Shown: one piece after another, positions 58,537 through 64,000 of the stretch
Layout: each line of letters opens with the position of its first letter
Position numbering within the stretch: the first letter of the stretch is position 1
IMG/VR virus record: IMGVR_UViG_3300034061_001472
Span: 1,127-65,126 of that record
From: a virus
Lineage: Duplodnaviria > Caudoviricetes
Direction: 5' to 3' (one strand)
DNA: 64,000 nt
Notes under the pieces: generated by a model
What the model was told of the DNA's origin: nothing
Database searches by the model: none
The model's input: the letters and a program-made list of their open reading frames with translations, nothing else
Made by a program: the position numbers and the translations under genes

Positions 58537-60353
58537 TATGCTTTTTCCGATCTACGCTTTTTTGGCAAAAGGTCTGAGTCCTTACTATCGTACAGCTTTG
58601 TTGCAAGTGTGTATGCTCGCTCGAACGGCACCTCGCCGTCGCGAACACCGCGTAACCATGCACCGCGAAGTGCTGGAATGATGTCATAGCTAAGACCGGA
58701 GTACTCTGCCATAGAGTAGATAGCATGTTCAGGTGAGCCATACTCCTGCGCACTCTTAAGTGCAACCTGCAATAGCTCGTGTTGGATTACCGCTGCTTCG
58801 CCGCGAGAGGACTTAGGGTGAGCCTTAGGCAATAGATCATTGTCCTGCTTGTAATTAGGGTTGGCAGGAGAGCCAGACTTTAGAAGCTTAAGGAACGCGT
58901 TAACGCGAGCCATTGCCCACTGGTCACGAGTCTTACCTGGTCGATGACTAGACGAGAACGCACCTGAACCTCTACGGTAGACTGCCTTTAGCATTGGAAG
59001 AGTTGCTTTACGTCCAGCCTTTGCACTTTTATTGTGCTCCGCTACCTTGTTAGAAAGTGCTTGTTCTGTCTTCGCAGAGAAAACAATCTTCTTAGATCCA
59101 GCTGCAGATCCTGGCTTATTTTTCTTTGAGCCGTAGATGCGATCTTTCTTTGGAGCTTTGCGTGAGCTTGCCGCGGTAATAGGTCCGCCTGTTGCCCAGG
59201 CGTTGCACGTGCGAGACGCGGCGCACTTGAAATCTAATGCTTCGCAATATCCAAGCTCTGCTTGGTCAATTGCTGCGTCAGCATCAATTGCGCTAGAGTC
59301 GCCTTGCTCTAATCCTGTTGAGATGCAGTCAAGCATCTTTGGAGTACGAATAAAGAATACACAATTTCCGCAGACTGCTGTCTTTGCTTCATCGGCAGTT
59401 GTTTTCCACTTGTCAGCTTTTTCTTGCCAAAATTCTTCATTAGGCTCGTCTGGATTTAACGGGCCGTAACCAACGTTGTCAATCGCGTTTTGACGATTCT
59501 TTAAGTTAAGTTCAATATCCTGTGTAGCCTCTGGACACTCGTCTGTCTCTTCATCAACTGCAAATTCTGAGTCGTTCGACGCATCGACAGGTACGCAGTT
59601 GGGCACCATCTTTCCGCTCTTGCCCTTTTTCATTCCTACTTGCTTATATCCGTCCCAGCAAGGGCTCTTGTTTGCAAGCGTGGAAGTATCAACGGAGTCT
59701 AAAAGATCAATTGAAGCTGTAATCTGATCGTCTTCAACCTTAACTACTCCGTCAGGTATAACTGCAAAACGGCACTTGCCATCGTCTTCAATTGGTTGCT
59801 TAATAATCTTGCAAACGCCAGGACCTTCATAGAGCACACAGTTGATGCACTTAACACCAATTTCTTTATACTCATTTTCAGCCGCAGGAGTGTACCCTGC
59901 CCAGATGCCTGTCTCGTCTTCATTAAACTTTCCGTGCTTCTCTGCGATCTCTAACAGAGCTGCAGCAAGGTCTTGCTCTTCAGCAACGATAATTCCTGCC
60001 GCGGCAATAGCTTCGGCTTGCTCCTCTTGCAAAGAGAAAAGCATGTCAAACTCTTGAGAATCAAATTGTCCGTACTCTTCTGCAGATATGCACTGGGTGC
60101 ACGCACAATCTGAGTCGCATAGGCAGTAACCTTTGTCTGATCCAGGGCATACACAACCGGCTTCTCCGCATAGCGGGCAACCGTCACGGTCATCCATAAT
60201 CTGTTCAACGATAGGAGCATCTTCGTAAGGTGAGTCTGCTTCCTTATCTTCTATAACTACGCCATGCGCCTCGATATACATAACGACAGCGTCACCTAAG
60301 GCGTTGGCAATAGCATTAACAAGATCTGTCTTGTCAATCTTTGGTTGTTCCAT
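58536..60353 (-). CDS. Multidomain Cys-rich head-module protein, 605 aa
   Basis: CPLC..CVC..CLC..CAC..C cluster; CINC...C...C; PCWDGY...VPNCVP; CPEATQD...CGNC...GYC...C...C..W; LKAVYRRG...WAMARVNAFL modules. Confidence 0.75.
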   Translation of the reverse strand: MEQPKIDKTDLVNAIANALGDAVVMYIEAHGVVIEDKEADSPYEDAPIVEQIMDDRDGCPLCGEAGCVCPGSDKGYCLCDSDCACTQCISAEEYGQFDSQEFDMLFSLQEEQAEAIAAAGIIVAEEQDLAAALLEIAEKHGKFNEDETGIWAGYTPAAENEYKEIGVKCINCVLYEGPGVCKIIKQPIEDDGKCRFAVIPDGVVKVEDDQITASIDLLDSVDTSTLANKSPCWDGYKQVGMKKGKSGKMVPNCVPVDASNDSEFAVDEETDECPEATQDIELNLKNRQNAIDNVGYGPLNPDEPNEEFWQEKADKWKTTADEAKTAVCGNCVFFIRTPKMLDCISTGLEQGDSSAIDADAAIDQAELGYCEALDFKCAASRTCNAWATGGPITAASSRKAPKKDRIYGSKKNKPGSAAGSKKIVFSAKTEQALSNKVAEHNKSAKAGRKATLPMLKAVYRRGSGAFSSSHRPGKTRDQWAMARVNAFLKLLKSGSPANPNYKQDNDLLPKAHPKSSRGEAAVIQHELLQVALKSAQEYGSPEHAIYSMAEYSGLSYDIIPALRGAWLRGVRDGEVPFERAYTLATKLYDSKDSDLLPKKRRSEKA

Positions 60354-60358
60354 TTTAG

Positions 60359-62059
60359 CTAGATGCCTTCCTGTAAAGCTGGTGGTAATTCTTCAGTGGC
60401 AGGCTCGGCAGGAGGGTTAGCCTGTGAAAGTAATTGGTCAATCTCTGGTGGAACTGGAGCAACGGAGTCTGCCTGTTGAGCTTGGCGAACACTCTCCATA
60501 ACCTCAGGTGCGATAGCGCCAAGCATTGCCTGCGTAAGCTCTGGAGATATAGATCCCTTTTCAACAAGTAAACGAATTGCGATTTCCTTAGCGTCAGGAG
60601 CATCAGCCGCGGAGAAACCGTGGGCGCGACGCCATGTATCGTAGGAAACAGCCATGTTTGCAAAGCCGTCGTCAGCATCCTTAGCACGGTCATTACGTGT
60701 TGCAACCTGTGAAGGGTCATACCAAACAACGATGCGCTTAGCATCCTCTGCGGAGTAACCTGAAGCGATGAGCGCTGGTCGTAGGTAGACAACAGTTAAC
60801 GCGTCAGCAATCAAAAGCATCAATGGTTCAATGTGCGCCTTATATAAGGCTTCGTCAATTTGAAGCGCGTTAGAGTACTTAACGTTTGCTAGGCCGGTAA
60901 CAATATCCTTAGGAACGTCAAGTCCCTGGAGGATACGCTCGAGGACTCGATCTGACCGCTCTGCAAGTGCAGGGTCAAACGAACGTTCAAACTTAAACTG
61001 CTTAATTTTGTCGCCAAGCTCTGCTGGTCCACGAATAATAAGTGGTACAACAGCGCTGGCTGAATCTTCGTCACGAATCGGAGTTGTCATCGCATCCATG
61101 AGTTGATCTTCAAACTCGTCTGCTGCCTCCTCGGCAGTCATACCTGGATTAAGATTGTTCTCGTCATCATATGGATAGTCTGGGTCTGGAGACGCGGCAA
61201 CAGATAGACCGTCTGGTAAGTATAAGGCTCCTGCGTTTAAGCGCGAGCGCGCAGTTGCGCGGAACGTGCGGTTGAGCAAAAGTAGCTCTGCGCAAAGATC
61301 TAGTAGACCGCGGATACTTGAGTCTGCTTCTTCAGAGTAGCGTGGGTGCGCTCTCCAGATGCGACCAACGAACGCGGAGTTAGGAAGCTTAAGCTCTCCT
61401 ACGTTTCCGGAGTTGTTTCCGCGCGCCATATCACGGCGGGGCACGATTAAATAGTTATTGCGTGCGTCAACCTGTAGCTCGTCTGTAGAGCGAATATCCC
61501 AAGACTCTGGTATTCCGCTTCCCACTCGCGCTGGAGATTGGATAAGGTAGCACTCTCCCGTAACGGATAGGTTCAATGCCGCGTCCTTTAATAGACCAGC
61601 TTGCCCGCCGTACGCGGAGTCTAGGCGTCCTAGAACACGCTCTGCTGCAGACGCAAGTCGTTCGTCGATGACGTCGGAGTTGCGAACAGGGACAGGGCTT
61701 TCAGCAGGGTTGTCAACAACCGCTGCGTAAAGACGAATACGTGAAACAACAGATGCAACTAAATTAAAGGCGTACTTGATTTCACCGATGGCGTCGTAGT
61801 ACTCCCACGCTTCACTCTGCCAGTCACTTGACTTGCCGTGACGGCGTTGCTTAAAGCGCTCAACCTCGCCCTTATCGTTAATTGGAATCTGAACCGCCGC
61901 GGCTGTGAGAGCGCGAGGGGCAGAGTAAGGAGCCGACTGGGCGTAGTTAGGGTTAGAGGTAATGTTGATAGAGCTTGGCGGAACGACACGAGAAGATTTA
62001 GGTTGCGCGCGGCGTTGAGCGCGAGATGGCTTTTCATTCTTGCTACTAAAGACTGCCAC
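60359..62059 (-). CDS. Portal protein
   Basis: WQ.EAW.YYD.IGE..Y, SR.RLY, L.V.GE.YL, RIWR.HP...ADS, SAVVP, R...GLD.P; first gene of the head module. Confidence 0.88.
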   Translation of the reverse strand: MAVFSSKNEKPSRAQRRAQPKSSRVVPPSSINITSNPNYAQSAPYSAPRALTAAAVQIPINDKGEVERFKQRRHGKSSDWQSEAWEYYDAIGEIKYAFNLVASVVSRIRLYAAVVDNPAESPVPVRNSDVIDERLASAAERVLGRLDSAYGGQAGLLKDAALNLSVTGECYLIQSPARVGSGIPESWDIRSTDELQVDARNNYLIVPRRDMARGNNSGNVGELKLPNSAFVGRIWRAHPRYSEEADSSIRGLLDLCAELLLLNRTFRATARSRLNAGALYLPDGLSVAASPDPDYPYDDENNLNPGMTAEEAADEFEDQLMDAMTTPIRDEDSASAVVPLIIRGPAELGDKIKQFKFERSFDPALAERSDRVLERILQGLDVPKDIVTGLANVKYSNALQIDEALYKAHIEPLMLLIADALTVVYLRPALIASGYSAEDAKRIVVWYDPSQVATRNDRAKDADDGFANMAVSYDTWRRAHGFSAADAPDAKEIAIRLLVEKGSISPELTQAMLGAIAPEVMESVRQAQQADSVAPVPPEIDQLLSQANPPAEPATEELPPALQEGI

Positions 62060-62099
62060 TACTTATTACTCCTCGTCATTGCCGTAACGGAACGCCAGA

Positions 62100-62438
62100 T
62101 CATTCTTGATCTATACGCGCGGTTATTAGTCCAACTAAACCGGACAGGGCAAATATACACCCTACTAAGAAAGTGATACTTGGAAAAGCGGCGTAAAAAA
62201 CCACAACCGGGAGCGCAACCCATAACGAGACGCACCAGTGACATGTAAAGAAGAAGCCCAGGTAGCTATCCTCGGGAGACTTCTTAGACCAGATGAGTTC
62301 TCTAACCGGAGAGAATATCTCGTCATAAACAAGTGCTCGGGTGACGCGGAAGACAAAGAATACTAGGACAATGAAGTGTAGTGCTGAGATGTTACTGAGG
62401 GCTGCTATACTTGTTGGCAAGTTGCTTATTGTTGTCAT
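62100..62438 (-). CDS. DUF1360-like membrane protein
   Basis: FRVTRALVYD.IF.P.R...TC.WC.S.W; two hydrophobic segments; ATGA overlap with the upstream gene at 62435-62438. Confidence 0.78.
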   Translation of the reverse strand: MTTISNLPTSIAALSNISALHFIVLVFFVFRVTRALVYDEIFSPVRELIWSKKSPEDSYLGFFFTCHWCVSLWVALPVVVFYAAFPSITFLVGCIFALSGLVGLITARIDQE

Positions 62439-62827
62439 GTTATCTCTTCTTTCATTATTTGGTAAGGGCTCCAGGAGCGGAGCCGTGAACCGCAGTCGCA
62501 ACCGCGGACGTACTTAAAGGCGATAACCTTTCCGGACTTGGTGATAAGCTGAGAATCTTGTCTTTTGTTTCCAGACCAGTTGAGCGTACGTATAACTTCC
62601 CTAAAGACCAGGCGCGGTCCGTCAGGATGATCCGCGGCAACAAGAACTATCTGGGTGGGAGGGGTAATGGAATCTTCCATAACTACAAGGCGTACTCGTG
62701 TGAAACTACGAGCGCCAGTTGGATTAGTAAGAGAAGAAGAAGAAGTAGAAGCTAAGGTAAAATCCTGAAATACATCAGGGGATGCAACTAGGATGGAAGC
62801 AGGGAAGATGTCATGACGGATCTTCAT
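62435..62827 (-). CDS. Hypothetical protein ending in CxCGSRLRSW.P
   Basis: Translationally coupled to both neighbours. Confidence 0.72.
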   Translation of the reverse strand: MKIRHDIFPASILVASPDVFQDFTLASTSSSSLTNPTGARSFTRVRLVVMEDSITPPTQIVLVAADHPDGPRLVFREVIRTLNWSGNKRQDSQLITKSGKVIAFKYVRGCDCGSRLRSWSPYQIMKEEIT

Positions 62828-63321
62828 TGGGTTGCCTTATCCACGCGGCGTTTCATCGCGCGGTAGGTTACGCCGGACGCACGGGCAAGCTCTGACACGG
62901 TAACACCTTTATTGTAGAGAAGTCCTGCGATACTTGTAAGCTCGACATTCGCGGTGAAAGAAGAGGACGAAGGAGCGGTGCGGGCGCGATAGCGTCGCGC
63001 TAGCGGTGACAGTCTCGCGATACGCAACTGCTCGTCTAACGGTATCCCAGGTGAGGGCACACGCTTGCGTCGTGACTTTACTTTTTTAACGGGAGGCTTC
63101 GGGATAGGGAAACCTGCGGTGATAACTTCGCGCTCGGGCAATTCCTTAACAACCCACGAACGAATGGTGCTACGCCGCTTCTCGGGGATGAATCCATTAG
63201 CGATGGATTGTAACGACCAGCCTGCTTCGTTTAACTCCTGAACACGACGCCAGAGTTGCTCCTTGTGCAGTGTGGCGAGAAGTTCTTTCTCTGCCTGCGG
63301 AAGTTCTTGCGCCTTAGCCAT
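62824..63321 (-). CDS. Helix-turn-helix DNA-binding protein (two HTH-like motifs)
   Basis: GWSLQSIA...RSTIRSWV and GVTVSELARASGVTYRAMKRRV. Confidence 0.78.
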   Translation of the reverse strand: MAKAQELPQAEKELLATLHKEQLWRRVQELNEAGWSLQSIANGFIPEKRRSTIRSWVVKELPEREVITAGFPIPKPPVKKVKSRRKRVPSPGIPLDEQLRIARLSPLARRYRARTAPSSSSFTANVELTSIAGLLYNKGVTVSELARASGVTYRAMKRRVDKATQ

Positions 63322-63327
63322 GTGAAT

Positions 63328-63379
63328 ACAGTATCATCTTTCTGCGAAGACGTGTACACTTTTGCGGTCATAAGATGAT
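63328..63379 (-). promoter_or_regulatory. Leaderless promoter (TGATACTGT) overlapped by an imperfect palindrome (candidate operator)
   Basis: -10 ends 6 nt before ATG 63321; ATCATCTT(63333-40)...GTGTACAC(63352-59)...AAGATGAT(63372-79). Confidence 0.45.
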
Positions 63380-63640
63380 GTACAAAACTAGCAGAAGCAG
63401 TACCTTTTGGTTAAATGGCTTGGACGTGAGAAATGGATATGCCATGAGTTTGGTGCTTCCAAAAACGTCTCCAACCGTTAAGCGCACTTACGAGTATTTG
63501 TTATGAAAAATAAAAAGTAAAAGTAATAGTAGCAATAATTATTATAAAAATAATAGTTCTTTGTCAGGTAGATAAAATGTTATGTAGTGTAGTAGTTGTA
63601 GTGACTATAGATCTTAGATGAGCTATACATATAGTAGATA

Positions 63641-63680
63641 TAAAAAATAAACCCTGTGCAAGTAAATGCACAGGGCTTAT
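63641..63680 (-). terminator. Rho-independent terminator
   Basis: CCCTGTGCA-tttact-TGCACAGGG followed by TTTATTTTTT on the - strand. Confidence 0.85.
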
Positions 63681-63695
63681 TAGTTTAGTTAAAGA

Positions 63696-64000
63696 TTAAA
63701 CTATTGGAACTACATTCATGTCACCTTTAAAGATAGCAATGAACGTTGCTTCATCAATCATGCCATTAGGCTCAAAGCCTTTATCCTTTTGAAACTTCTC
63801 AATGGCTGTCTTAGTCTCATCGCCTAGCCAACCATCCTTGTCTGTCATAGCCTCGTTGTAGCCAAGCTCCGCGAGACGACGTTGTAGATGATGGACAGTT
63901 AAAGACTTGCGTGCTGCTGTATTCTTATACACACAGTTAGCTAAGTAAACCTCATCGGCGTCAGCGCCACTTACCGCAGCCTTAGGAGCTGAAGGAACTG
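63696..64000 (-). CDS. Peptidoglycan-binding domain protein (5' end beyond the window)
   Basis: V..LQRRL.ELGY....DG.LG.ET..AI..FQ...G....G.ID..T; frame is open to the window edge. Confidence 0.8.
   Translation of the reverse strand, partial: VPSAPKAAVSGADADEVYLANCVYKNTAARKSLTVHHLQRRLAELGYNEAMTDKDGWLGDETKTAIEKFQKDKGFEPNGMIDEATFIAIFKGDMNVVPIV

Noticed and set aside
60355-60792. 145-aa alternative-frame ORF overlapping the portal 3' end
   Set aside because: Same-strand overlap with no RBS, slippery site or recognisable motif.

Overview
The whole window reads as part of a tailed dsDNA phage genome (siphovirus-like). The host is almost certainly actinobacterial: there is a WhiB gene, TGnTAnnnT promoters including leaderless starts, and a head/tail gene order like cluster-B-type actinophages with separate hexamer- and pentamer-like capsid genes. 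Left end (1-11336, mostly + strand): three Thr-rich collagen-like fibre genes followed by five glycosyltransferase genes, a likely virion-glycosylation cassette. From 11357 to 27265 (- strand): replication/recombination genes (SSB, Sak4-like ATPase, Cas4/RecB-like nuclease, SNF2 helicase, RuvC-like resolvase, PolA) interleaved with a likely cytosine hypermodification pathway. That pathway has an Asp-type thymidylate-synthase homologue (dCMP hydroxymethylase signature), a dNMP kinase-UDG fusion, dCMP deaminase, a dimeric dUTPase/dCTPase, two paralogous GT-B-like proteins and a C5-methyltransferase homologue with a rewritten SAM-binding loop and a natural motif-X Asn->Lys change. From 27867 to 62059 (- strand): tail and head modules, including very large multidomain head-associated proteins (1587, 2409 and 605 aa) punctuated by a recurring [ILVM][TV]A[AS] motif. 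The 2409-aa protein carries GNAT-like and PI3/4-kinase/HipA-like domains. No terminase, primase, integrase, tRNA or CRISPR array was seen. All family calls come from motif recognition by eye, not from database searches.
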